Shown: one piece after another, positions 1 through 12,991 of the stretch
Numbering within the stretch: position 1 is the stretch's first letter
Layout of the letters: every line of letters starts with the position of its first letter
Assembly (NCBI RefSeq): GCF_001194135.2
Contig: NC_068994.1
Coordinates: forward strand, 8,547,169 to 8,611,168
DNA: 64,000 nt
DNA from: Octopus bimaculoides
Taxonomy: Eukaryota
Direction of reading: 5' to 3'
Notes under the pieces: model-generated
Seen by the model: the letters and a program-made list of their open reading frames with translations, nothing else
What the model was told of the DNA's origin: nothing
Database searches by the model: none
Made by a program: the position numbers and the translations under genes

Positions 1-783
1 AAAACCATTTAATATTCGCCCCGAGGGCGATGGTATAATAAACATTGTAATTGCTTTCCATCGTAAAAGTTACTTTTCATCTATTTCTTTACTCAAAATT
101 ATCTTTCATCACACGGGAATCAAATTTACTTTGTCTTCTTGTGGATCTGACTACTAAAACGTAGACATAAAAATATACGGTGGGATGAACCAGTATATCG
201 TACTCAGGCTTTCGACAATTTATTTACATACGGCGACTATGAACAATCATAACTAACCAAAGTTTTACAACAATGAAAGCTAGTGCAAGGTTTACCCTAC
301 TGAAATAAATTGACTGTATCTCTCACATAAAAGTTTGTTCTATAACCAAATAAGCGATTAATATTTTACGAATATCAAGGCGAATTTACATTACGCGGCT
401 TCAGTCACATATTCATATAAATGCCTTTTATCCATATAATGCCTTTTGGAATTGTATATGGTTCGTACTTCATATTGTCTTCAGTAATACACTTAGAACC
501 ATTGTATGTAATCAAAATAAATTGATTCATGGTATTTGTTTTGACGTTAATCATTCCACAAATGATAAAGTCACATCAAACTTCATATCTTTCTACTGCT
601 TCAGTACATACTTAACAGATTTTTAGCGTAGCTGTTTTAGCGTAGCTAAATAAATGAGTCTCTCAACGAATAGTCTCGGGCATGACTGTATGGTCAAGAG
701 TGTTGTTTTGTAGTCACTTGGTTTCGGGTTCAGTCCCATTGTGTGGAACTCATAGGAACTGTCTTCTACCACATGTATGTATG

Positions 784-846
<63 letters not shown>

Positions 847-2461
847 GACGAGGTTTCACAGTTTCCGTCTACCAAATTCATTCTCAAGCTATTAGTCGGC
901 GTAGAGCTATAACAATACGGGCTGAATGTGAAACCTCGTGGTTGCAAAGGAAGATATTTAACCATGCAGTCATGTCTAATTTATTTCCCAAAGTCTGGCC
1001 AAATCCCATGCTAATACAATAAAAATTATTCGCTTAACAACGTGTCATGCTCTGACGTATTTAACCCCGAAACCTCGTAAATCGAGAAGTGAACTTCTTG
1101 AGAAGTCCAATACTGACGGCAGAAAATAGCTGAATATTGACACATCATAGTTTAGTTATTTATCAAACATGGAATCTTTGAATTCATAAAATGAAAAACA
1201 AAAGAATTCATGCAAAAGAACAAAACAAAAAAACAAAAAAAACAAAGCGAAGCAATATTAAATGCATTTAAGTTGAGTATGAAAAAGAAGAAAGCAAAAG
1301 AAAAAAACAAACGTAAACGGTGGAATGTTAAATTCCTCAGTATCAAATACAAATGCAACGCAACGGTTGGCATTCGCTTGATAAAGAAAGATTTGTGGTT
1401 AAAAACATTGGTTTCTCCCATGAGTGTCACTGACGTCAGCGTCTGAAAAATGTTTACAATGTAAAATGCAGACGTGGTCGATTGACTGACATCTCAGATT
1501 ATTTTTCATGACACAGCAAATTTGTATAATGGAACCACATTTCTTCGATAAAACATTACATTTAATTATTCGAATCTAACATCTGAAGATGTTAGATTCG
1601 AATACCATGTTTTTTCCTTGTTTCGGTTTTGTTTTAAATTTTTGCAGTTGTAACATACCACTCGCCAGGTCAATACTTACCCAGTAGAGCTATGCTCAAA
1701 TGTGCTCTAGTCATGCCTATGCTATTTATATGATGGTGTTATTGTAATTCGGATAATATTATCAAGGCTATACAATCTATATATACCATCATTGATACCT
1801 ATAAGGAAACAATCACATGAATACTGGCTATTAAACCGAACGGAATCTAACACAAAGACAAAAACACACATATGCTTATTGCGCACGCACACACACACGA
1901 ATGTATATTTTTTCAATGTTTATAAATAACACGGAAAAATATAAATAGTTACCATGGTAGCAAAAATTCACACACATATCAAGGATGTAACAGCCTACTT
2001 ATAAAGGTAGAAATTAAAGGTTTTGGTGAAATGTTTTTGTTAACATAGATAAATAAGTATATATATGTATATATATATTATGCTTTTGTTTTATTTGTGT
2101 CAGTCATTCGACTGTGGCCAAGGCTGGGCGTCACCTTGAAGATTTTTTTAGGCAAATAAATCGACCTCAGTATTTATTTGTTTCAAAGCCTTATACCTAT
2201 AAAGAACTCCAAATTTAAAACACATTCATATTTACACAGCCATACATACATTATAATATCTTATGATTTAAATTCCAGTCATTCTCCCAAGCGAAACCAT
2301 CATTTGCTTTCTAGTAAAGCGTGTTAGCTATGTTCTTCAGCTGAAGTTGGCATTAACACTATTGGAGCGAGCAATGAATTTACTTCACGCCTGAAAAATA
2401 CACTAGACTCGTTCTAGTAAGAAGGTACTCATCGTTTTTGGCTGCGTCCATCTCCATAATA

Positions 2462-2665
2462 TTAGGTTGGTGTAAAATTATTGCGGCTTGTGTTCAATAA
2501 ATTTGATTCAACAAAAAATTTAAACAAATCGCCAAGCAGAAATTGAAGTAGATGGTGAATATGCTACGGAATAATCATTTAAAGATGTTTTTGTTAAATG
2601 TTGTTATTGTTTTTGTTGAATAAAATTTGTTGACAAAAAGCCGCAATAATTATGCACCTACCTAA
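2462..2665. mobile_element. Mariner-derived MITE
   Basis: TIRs ttaggttggtgtaaaattattgcggc / gccgcaataattatgcacctacctaa resemble the Hsmar1/MADE1-type mariner TIR; flanked by TA on both sides; no ORF. Confidence 0.8.
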
Positions 2666-2973
2666 TATAAGTTATAAAATATGAACATTCTACTTTCGTT
2701 GAGTTCTCTGGTTTGAATGTGGCATTATATGTATATATATGCAAACGGATAAACCTATGTGAAATAGAAATTTCACAAACAGCTGCCAACTTGATTAAAA
2801 TAAAATAAAAAAGAGCTTTAAGCCCTCACTGACGTAACAAATGATGCTCCGATGAAGAAATATCTATAAGTATCATCTACGTAAACAGGCACACACACAC
2901 ATATACACACACACACTCATACCCATATATACATACACACACGTACACATAGATATACATGTGTGTATATATA

Positions 2974-3014
<41 letters not shown>

Positions 3015-4644
3015 ATATATATATATCAATATATATCAATATATATATATTTATACAGTAGAGAATTAACATTGCTATATTTATACATATATAAATATAT
3101 ACACACCTTTCTTTATATGACAACGTACATATAAGTATATGTATAAATGTATAAGTACACACATACTTCTGACGTCGGTCGCATTTCATTTCAAACGTAT
3201 TTGATATTCATGCCTTCGGGAACAAGCAATGCAAAACACATTACATACAATATATTCGTTCTTCAAAGGCTGTCTTGAAGAAATGCTAATTTCATCTAAT
3301 CTAAAGAAGAATCACTCAGATAAGAAACTTTCCGAGTCGTTACTATTAAATTTTTAAACTGCTGAGCAGCCATTGTGTTATCTACAGCTTATGAATTGCA
3401 TAAGTCGCTCTCTCCGACTCTGTCTCCCTACCTCTCCCTCTCTATCTTTCTTCCGTTTCTTTTCCCTCTTTACCTTATATATATATATATATAATGTATA
3501 CTTACACACGCACACACTCACACACATATATTATCTCTTTCTTTCTCGCTGTGCAATACATCTTCAATGCTTATATTGTACATAACTACATACGTATATA
3601 TATATATATATGTGCATACGTTCACACATACAAACATACATACATGTAAGCAGACAAATATATAGATATAGACAGAAATATTAAATACACAGACATAAAT
3701 ATCTGTATATTGAATGAGTCATGCATGCATATAAGTATTTATGTACGGTTATACACATGTACACATACAAACACACACGCACATATACACCTGTGTCTGC
3801 GTACATACATTTTTATATGCGCGCGCGCACGCACACACACACACACACACACAGAGATCTAGAGATAAGCATATAAGAATATATATTTGCGTATACATAC
3901 ACGCGTAGGGCGTAATTTTTTGAAGGCACTTATGGAAGGTACGTTAAAGGGTGATCTTATTAGAGCATTTATTCCAAGATAAACATTTCCCCCAGATCAG
4001 TAGACAACTACAAAGCACCACGTTCTAACTTCTATCAAGATCAGCAATACTTTTGATTTCTATCTATTTATACACGAAATATTGAACAACCCTTTTAAGA
4101 AACGTGCAACTTAGCTTAGAAAAAAGATCTGTTTGTCAGTTTGCCAAGCCTCATGCTCTGTACTCAAATAGCGTTTCTTGAATTTTTAATTCGCCGAACG
4201 AAGGACTTCAGGGACCTGTTGTCTCGCTGATAATTTACAACTCCTGCCAACACATCCTTCCCGTACATCTGTAAAACATACACACATTTCCAAACAAAGA
4301 TGACATCATATTCAATCACGCAGAAGGAACGTGACATAACGCTTAACATAGTCCTTGTTTGAAATTCTTTCTAAGAGCTATATACAAAAATGAAAATAAA
4401 TAGAATATCTCCTCAAATGGGAGTAGGCATGGGCGTGTGACCAGGAATTTGATTCCTAACCACAAAGCTCCGGATTCAGTCTCAGCGTGTGACACTCTGA
4501 GTGAGAGTCTTTTACGAAGCCCCGCACCGACCAAAACCGTGTAAATGGATTAGGTGGGTGAAAATCTATTGTAGTTTTTTAAATCTCCAACAGGTTTTTA
4601 TAAATTTGTAGTGTTGTTATAAGAAACACACACACACATATATG

Positions 4645-4896
4645 TGCGTATAAGAAGGGATGACCACCTTGTGGTCAATATGCTAGAAAGAGGTCATCAA
4701 CGACCCAACCACAAAAGAAAAAAAAATAATTCTTTATTTTTATATATTTTTCATTTTGTCCTGCCCGCCTAAGCTCTGTCTATTTTTGCTGAATTTTCTT
4801 TCTGGAAAACATGATTTTTCTTTTGTGGTTGGGTCGTTGATGACCTCTTTCTAGCATATACGATGTCCACCTAGTGGTCAGCCCTTCTTATACGCA
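4645..4896. mobile_element. MITE/fold-back element with about 78-bp inverted repeats
   Basis: Arms 4645-4722 and 4815-4896 (tgcgtataagaaggg...atgctagaaagaggtcatcaacgacccaaccacaaaagaaaaa) are near-perfect reverse complements. Confidence 0.7.
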
Positions 4897-4985
4897 TGTA
4901 CTACAATTTTTCTTAATTATCAGATTATTTTATATGCTAGACCACTGGTTTTAAATTGAAATTAATATTCAATTTATCACCCTCA

Positions 4986-5052
<67 letters not shown>

Positions 5053-6175
5053 AATAAAGAACGTAAAAGATAAACTTACTTAGAACATCCACAAGTAATG
5101 TATAATGGAAAGCAACAACTATAATTCACCAACTATATGTCGAGGATATCATGTTCTCGACATATGAACGTGTATTTGTTCGAGCAACAGGCCAATATAA
5201 GCAAATAAACAAAGTCTTATTCAAATAAATGTTGTACGAAGCACCGTTTAAGGAAGTACATTTAAAGTCACATTCAACCCTTACGCGTGCACCCGGGCGA
5301 AAGAAAACATTGTGCTAGTCAGGGAAGAAATTCCCCTCTTAGACATGTGCAAGGCACAAATGGACTGTGAAAGATATGCTTTACTCGTAGGATCTATGTG
5401 TTTTACTTCGTCAGTTACGAAAAGTAACTTTGTTACTTACAACACAGTAAGAGTGAAATATGTTTGTGTAAAGTCATATTCAACACATTAGAATGCACTC
5501 GGACGAGAGTAGACCTTCTGTTGCGGAGCTAGCCCAGGGAGAGAATTCTCCTGTTTGAAAAGTGTTATGAATTTTCTTATATGTTGTATAAATGAGTGGT
5601 GTATAAATGGTAGGATATCTCTAAAAATTTTGACACAACAGAAAATTACATACACGGTCATTCACACTGCGAGAAATAGAAACTATGTCTCAGATAATCC
5701 GGCAGCTTAGCAATGAAGGATGTATTGAATACTGTGCTGCTATATGCATGATGTGTGAAAACTAAGCTGACACGTTTATGGTAGGAACGCTACTAATTAC
5801 ATATATGCTTTAATCAGACCTGATTTAATCAATAGTACAAACCCTGAACAGAAAAGATAAGTTAGCACCAACTGTGTAGAAAATATATTTGACTTTTCGA
5901 TATTCAATAATTCTGATCGATCTAAATTGGAAATAACAGAATGTAAATGAATTTGTTTAACTGTTAGATTTAATTCCAGCAGTTCTGCAAAAGTGCACAA
6001 GAGTGCATGTCTCGCATATAAAAGGAAAAACAAGCTCCATTCAATGCTTCTGTCTGCCTGTCATCTATCTATCTGTTCATATATAATATATATACACACA
6101 CAGAAGGTACATATATATGTAGATATGTATGGGTGTGTGTAGGTGCGTGTGTGTTTGTATAAACACAATTATATT

Positions 6176-6547
6176 CTTTTATATTTCGTTTATTTGTTTC
6201 GGTCATTTGACTACGGCCATGCTGGAGCACCGCTTTCAGTCGAACAAATCGACCCCAAGACTTACTATTTATAAGCTTAGTACTTATTCTATCCGACACC
6301 TTTGCCGAACCGCTAAGTTACAAGGTTGTCAATCGATGGAATACAGACACACAAATACATACATACACACACACACATATATATATATACGACGGGCTTC
6401 TTTCCGTTTCCCTCCAAATACACTCACAAGGCTTTGGTTGGCTCGAGGCTATAGTGAAAGATAGTTGCCTATGGTACCACGCAGAAGTACTGAACCCGGA
6501 ACCATGTGGTTGGGAAACAAGCTTACCACACAGATACTTCTGTGCCC
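6176..6547 (-). mobile_element. SINE family A (tRNA head, CORE-like segment, internal CA/TA microsatellite), near full length
   Basis: Matches the bipartite structure of the copies at 11687, 33261 and 53136; Pol III A/B-box-like head at the right end. Confidence 0.8.
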
Positions 6548-6749
6548 TTTACTTTTACTTGAATTTATGCAAATAAAATGCACACCGCATTGAAGGGTAG
6601 AATCGGACAAACCGCACTTAATTTTTGGGTCCGATTCTCATTCTGTAGTTCTCGTTTGCTAAATTAGTGGGTTATGTAAAGAAACTAACCTCGCCGGTTG
6701 GCGATGGTGATCGGCTCAAACAAAGTCACACATATGCATATGTAATACG

Positions 6750-6787
<38 letters not shown>

Positions 6788-8142
6788 GACGGGCTCCCGT
6801 ACAGTTTCAATATACCCGATTCAATCAAAAGGTGTTTAACTGAACCAGAACTCCCTTATTGCAAGGCGCAATGTCTGAGTCTATATGTATGTATGTGTAC
6901 AGGTCTATCTATCTATCTATCTTGAACATATGTATATATAAATATGTGTATATATACATACATACATACATACATATATATTATGTAATTTGAAAACTGT
7001 TTTAATTAATCAATTTATTTTCGTCAATAATTTAAAATTGCCGAATTGAGTTTTCTAATTATGTATTCCGTATTATATACCAACATTATATTAATTTTAT
7101 AAAGACTTCTACATATATTTTTGACTCAAATACGTACACACACACACACACGCAATTATTTCACACAATTAAGGCATCACACGTTTCTATTATTGTATTT
7201 ATTTTGCTTCTATAATTGCAGATATAAATTAATATTTGACTTGAATTCCTTACTAACTGATTTACACGATTTTAACACTTGCAGAACAGTTAATTAGTTT
7301 TTAGTTACTGCAGTTAATTAACCTTACTCTCACCAGTGAGTTTAATTAATCATGTACTTTAAGTTTCGCCTTTAGTGTCAGCAAATTTCACGTGGTACAT
7401 TTTGAACCGAGGAAGGCGCCAGGATTGTTTAGCTTCATAAACTAGAAATAGCAGTCAAATTCTCTTAAATAATAGTACCTTGGCTTTGAACAACTCATCA
7501 TTGAAGAATTAATCGAGTGTCAACCTTGATGAAAGTGCGCCAGCAGCGATGTCTTTCTTATATACCACATTCAGGTCTCTTGCTAGGCCTCCCGGAAATC
7601 TATATTTCTTTATCGTTATTTCTTTGTTAAACTGTATTGAATTTACTTTTATCGGTCCCTAAAGGACCAAAACACCATTTGACCTTGACAATTGGTCCTG
7701 TCAACGTCCAGTAAAGTAATTCGCTAATCCTGTCTCTGTTGGAGAATTGCATGTTCTCAAACAGCGCAAAGGACGTTTTAACACGAACCAACGTTGCTTA
7801 ACTGCTAAAATCCAACCAAATTAAAAGAAACAATGCAAAATAAATAAATAATTAAAAGGAGAGTTCTAAAAACTATTGCATAATTTTGTTGATGTTTATG
7901 TTATATAAATAACATTATAAATGTTCAAATCGGTTGGCGATAAGACACCGCATGTAAAAAGACGGTTTGAGCACGGCTTATATCAATACCAGTTCATATC
8001 AATACTTAGCACAATGATAAATAATATCTATAAAGATCGTTCCTTCTAGTTCTAGGTTATGTAGTTTGAACTTTATGCTTAACACTTACTTGTATAGAGC
8101 GTAGAAAACATGTTATTGCAGCAACTGATACCCTAAAAATAG

Positions 8143-8485
8143 GATGACAGTTTATATAGGATGGATATATACTGTTCAAATATTACAAATATCAGAGGAA
8201 TGGCAAAGATGGATACGAGAGTTATATATTTCTCTTCAACATGCATATAACTGCATATAGCTTGCCTATAAACAAAACATTTTACCACAACAGATAAGGT
8301 AACTTATGTAGATGTGATGACAGTTGATATATAGGATGGATATATTCTATTCAAGTATCACAAATATCAGAGGAATGACAAAGATGGATACGAGGGTTAT
8401 ATATTTCTCAACATGCATATAACTGCATATAGCTTGCCTATAAACAAGACATTTTACCACAACAGTTAAGGTAACTTATGTAGAT
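8143..8485. repeat. Tandem duplication of a 171-bp unit
   Basis: Units 8143-8313 and 8316-8485, roughly 90% identical by eye. Confidence 0.9.
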
Positions 8486-9694
8486 ACAATCACAGCGCAA
8501 AATAAAACACATCACATTGAAATTACTTCACTTAAATGATGTAATGCTCAAGAAAAACACAAAAGAAACAGGAATATATATACATAGGGAATGTACATTT
8601 TGAAGATAGGATAAACGAGCTTTAAAGTAAGTGAATAAGAAAAACGAGACCAAAGTGGGAAGACAAGAATACATAAACTTAAGATTAAGAAAGTCTAGCA
8701 TTAGAAATCACGAACATGAAAATCTAAAGGAGGAAATAATTATAGAATGAAAGACAGAAAATCTAAGTGAACCACAAAGGAGAAAAATAGCAATAATAAT
8801 GTAAAATGCGGGCCTAGCTGTCATCGATTTAATGAAAACAGTCACAAACATCAATATTACCCGGTTAATGTAGACTATTGATAATCCATTAGATTTATTC
8901 GTAAAGACGTATCAAGGTCGTCTTGAAAAACAAAGATGGAGAAAGTGGTTGAATATAAGCAGAGAAAAGTCTTTAAATCCTAAAGGAAATCAACTACAAA
9001 ACAAGACTGCTGAAAAATAAAGCACAGACAAATACTATAAAAAAATAAAGAAGGAAATGTTAAAATAAAAAAAAAATGTCTGAAACNNNNNNNNNNNNNN
9101 NNNNNNNNNNNNNNNNNNNNNNNNNNNNNNNNNNNNNNNNNNNNNNNNNNNNNNNNNNNNNNNNNNNNNAAAAAAAAAAAAAAAAATTGATTCTAATCAA
9201 AAACGGTTTTATCAGGAATCAAGAACAAAGATAGAAATCAATGCAGTGTCAAACACAAGCGAAATAGAATATTGTGAAAGAATATGGACAGCGAAAGAAT
9301 CACCAAAGTTGCGACTGTTCACTGGAGTGAACGTAAAATATGAACAATTTTAAGAGGCTGTAACAATCCAAAATGTACATCAGACGCGAAAAATATATCC
9401 CTACAAAAAAAAAACTGTAAGGTGCCAGAAGACGGTAACATCCCAAATTTGGGGTTAAATGATTTATCATGGATAAATAAGGTGCTATCAGAGATGGAGA
9501 TGTTTCGTAAGATATAAATGAACTGGAGATTATCTAGATGACCCAGTGAGGTGAAACTTATCTTATTACCCAAAAGAGAGTATGACGAAATATGGGAGTA
9601 TTAAACCCGACAAACAAAAGACCAATAATCTCCTTTCCTATAGCTTATAAAGACTTAACTGTGATAATATTGCCGAGAATAAATATACATCTAT

Positions 9695-10150
9695 AAAGGA
9701 AAAGATCCACTTCGGTCATGAATGACTATGGGATTGCACCTAGAAAGTTCCCCTCCGAGACACAAGTCCGGGCAAGTTTCTGTATGGAAGACCAGCAGTC
9801 GCTCACGCATACCGGCATCCCTTCTCCGCACCACCGATGTTATCCAAGGGATAGACAAAGGCTGATACAGCTTGGCACCAGTGACGCCGGAGCTCATTTC
9901 GACAGCTGATTGAACTGGAGCAACGTGAAATAAAGTTCATTATTTACATTTGACGTATATTTGTCCTCACCTTGTTTGTTGTTAACACAACAGTTTTGGC
10001 TGATATACTCTCCAACCTTCATCAGGTGTCTTGGGGAAATTTCGAACCTGCGTTCTCATTCCTAAGGTATTTTTCGATGTTGTTGTTGTTATTATTATTA
10101 TTATTATTCAGGTCACTGCCTGGAATCGAGCTCGGAATTCCAGGTAGTGA

Positions 10151-10186
<36 letters not shown>

Positions 10187-10446
10187 TAATAACATCGAAA
10201 AATACCTTAAGAATGAGAACGCAGGTTCGAAATTTCCCCATGACACCCGATGAAGGCTGGAGAGTATATCAGCCAAAACTGTTGTGTTAACAACAAATAA
10301 GATGAGGACAAATATCCATCAAATGTAAACAATTCTTCATCTCTTGAAATAAAGTGTCTTTCTCAAGAAAACAATACATAACCCGGTTCGGGAATCGAAC
10401 TCGCATGTGGTTGTGAGCTTGACGCTTTAACCACTGAGTCATGCGC
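9695..10446 (-). mobile_element. SINE family E (tRNA head), interrupted by the palindromic hammerhead element
   Basis: Head gcgcatgactcagtggttaaagcg...gagttcgattcccgaaccgg at 10380-10446; body continues at 9695-9936 across the 11-bp TSD. Confidence 0.75.
9937..10344. mobile_element. Palindromic hammerhead-bearing element, copy 1 (ribozyme cores mutated), inserted into a SINE
   Basis: About 190-bp inverted arms centred near 10130; 11-bp direct repeat tgaaataaagt at 9926-9936 and 10345-10355; hammerhead-like motifs at 9984-10030 (-) and 10242-10288 (+) have GAAA changed to AAAA. Confidence 0.75.
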
Positions 10447-10799
10447 AAAGAAAATGAATAAGGAATCAAGCCCTTACCTGAAGGAAGATTGCTTTCATAC
10501 AGAATTAAAGATCAACAATTGATATTTAACCAAGGATTATAGAAGAGTCTTGACATGACATGGATTAATTAACAGAAGATATTTGGCAATGTTCCGAAAT
10601 GTCAGCCAAGAGTATGATAGCAACAATAACGAAGTGATACTTTAACAAAAGAGCAATTCTTTAGCAATTCTTCAATGATTGACAGGAGGGTACATTATAA
10701 AAATTTCTTCAACTCTCGTAGAAAAGAAAAAAGCAATGAATATTTCATGGGGACATTCCTCTCTTTACTGTTTTGTTTTCTGCATGACACTAATACAAT

Positions 10800-11132
10800 C
10801 TATTAAACCTTGGGAGAGGCATTATGCCGGTAATAAACACACGCACTGGTTCCGTCCTTTATTTATTTATAAACAGTATTTAGTTTGTTTGTTTTTTTGT
10901 TAAATCATTTCATTGCATTCTTGCAATCTCTTCAGTAACCCGTCTCTCCACTTCTATTTAATTATTTGAATGGATGATTCAGCGTTGTTTTGAAAGAGAT
11001 TGCAAGAGTGCAATGAAATGATATAACAAAGAAAAAAACAACAAAAAAAAAGATATTTACTGTTTATAAATAAATAAAGGACCAAACCAGTGCGTGTGTT
11101 TATTACCGGCATACTCTCCCAAGGTTCAATAG
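10800..11132. repeat. Inverted repeat with about 78-bp arms
   Basis: 10800-10878 versus 11058-11132 (aaccttgggagag...tatgccggtaataaacacacgcactggtt...cctttatttatttataaacagta). Confidence 0.85.
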
Positions 11133-11686
11133 TATTTCTTTTAACACACGTATTCACATCAAGAATTTTTGCACACCAAATACACATACTAAACTAATAC
11201 AATCTTTACGGGTAATTATACTCGATTATCGTTAAATTCAACTGGAAGTACGAGCAACTATTTTTGATGAGCACAGGTTGTAAGCTGCTATGTGATAAAA
11301 ATGAAAAATAAAGTAGATATTCTGTTGCAGCCAGTACACAGATAGATGGATTTTACTCAAGGAAAGCGATGTAAAATATAGATTAGAAAATATGTTTCTG
11401 AGCAATATTACATATAGAAACATTAGATTGAGAAAGGAAAATATAAAAGCTATCGTGCTATATAAAGAAACAGAGATGAGAGAATTTGAACAAGCTCAGA
11501 CATGCAATTAGTTAGGAATCAACAAACAAGTCAACGTACAATACCCACGAGTAAAAGGAAGGATTAGGAAAGAATATTGCAGACGCAATAAATTAATAGT
11601 TAGAACGTCGAAATGCAAAACACATGGTGATAAGCAAGCTGTACAAATAACTTATATTCGCCGGTGGATGCTGAAGAAATTCAGCT

Positions 11687-12135
11687 CTTATCTTTTATCT
11701 TTTACTTTTTTCAGTCATTTGACTGCGGCCATGCTGGGGCACCACCTTGAAATTTTAGTCGAATGTGTGTCGACCTTATATATTTTTGTTTTTGTTTTAA
11801 GCTTGGTACTTATTCCATCGGTCTTTTTTGCCGAACCGCTAGATTTCGGGGTCGTACACACCATCACCAACACCAGTTGTTAAGCGGCGGTGGGAGACAT
11901 AGACAGACGTAAACGCACACACTCACACAGACATACACACACACAAACACACACACATATATATATATATATATACGACGGTCGTCCTTCAGTTTCTCTC
12001 TACCAAACCCATTCACAAGGCTTTGGCCGGCCCGCGGCTATAGTAGAAGACACTTGCCCTAGTTGTTACGCGGTGAGACTGAACCCAGAACCATGTGGTT
12101 GAAAAGCAAACTTCTTGCCACACAGCCACGCCTGC
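11687..12135 (-). mobile_element. SINE family A, full length
   Basis: Minus strand: head gcaggcgtggctgtgtgg...gggttcagtc, CORE-like segment, internal (TA)n(TG)n, 3' half ending tgactgaaaaaaagtaaaaagataaaagataag. Confidence 0.85.
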
Positions 12136-12991
12136 ATTTATTAGCATAGCTTAATAGAAATATACCACCATTAAAATACATTACACAAATTCCGTTAAAA
12201 CTTTGACATGTACACAATTGAAACTGAGCTTTTAACAATATTCATCTTGAAAGTATGGTGTTCGAAATTCCACCATTACGTCTATGTAGCATTTACGAGT
12301 GTTTTGTCGGTTTTATTTACATACAGGCCGGCCATTACGTAGCAACTCATGAACAAAGGCGTCTAAGTATAATCATAGTGATGTTTTATGCACTTTACAT
12401 TATGCTATATATCCTTTCTTGTTTAAAGATGTTAGGAAGTATTTTAGGGATAATTCAGCTGCTACATCAAGTGGAACTATGACGATGCAACACACTGCAT
12501 TTATTTTGCTTTTCTCGTCGTTTAACTCTCCGCCATGTTTTCTTTCTACCACCACTTATTCAAGTAGAAAATGCACCAAGTCGATTACTTTGACGCCTGA
12601 GAACCTACGAAGGTCATAGAAACAGCTCCTTTCTTCCAAACATAGATAAGAAAATGTTTTAAACAATACCAAGAAATTATATTTGCCATTAACACATTTA
12701 AACTAGTATTGAAAATACATGGACCTGATGTACTTGACTGGAATATATCAGAGAGATTCCATTGATTGGGATAAGAGGAATTTACTAAAAATGCACAAAT
12801 TGTATACGAGGTTTGACACCAAATGATCCTACAATGACGGTACATAGATGGTAAGTATTTAAAGGGCATCGGGGGCCAGATGTAAAGGTAGATATTAAAG
12901 TTTTCTGTCATCTTTCCTAATCAAAAGTCTATATACCTCTTCTTGTTTATTATGATCGTACAGACGGTATTGTATCTATTATAAATGCAAC

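Larger units (their letters stand above)
9400..12900 (+). pseudogene. Decayed R4/Dong-type non-LTR retrotransposon ORF split by later insertions
   Basis: Collinear degenerate RT motifs: GETYLITQK...NPTNKRPIISFPIAYKDLT (9550-9690), RIKDQQLIF...LDMTWIN*QKIFGNVP (10474-10596), LGINKQV...GRIRKEYCRR (about 11440-11640), IFAINTF...LLKMHK (about 12660-12900). Confidence 0.65.

Noticed and set aside
4164-4270. Minus-strand acceptor followed by MYGKDVLAGVVNYQRDNRSLKSFVRRIKNSRNAI*
   Set aside because: Short, unrecognised and without supporting neighbours.
7701-7802. Minus-strand KQRWFVLK after a good acceptor, resembling a PH-domain motif
   Set aside because: The frame stops after about 33 codons, has no convincing donor, and the downstream residues are not PH-like.
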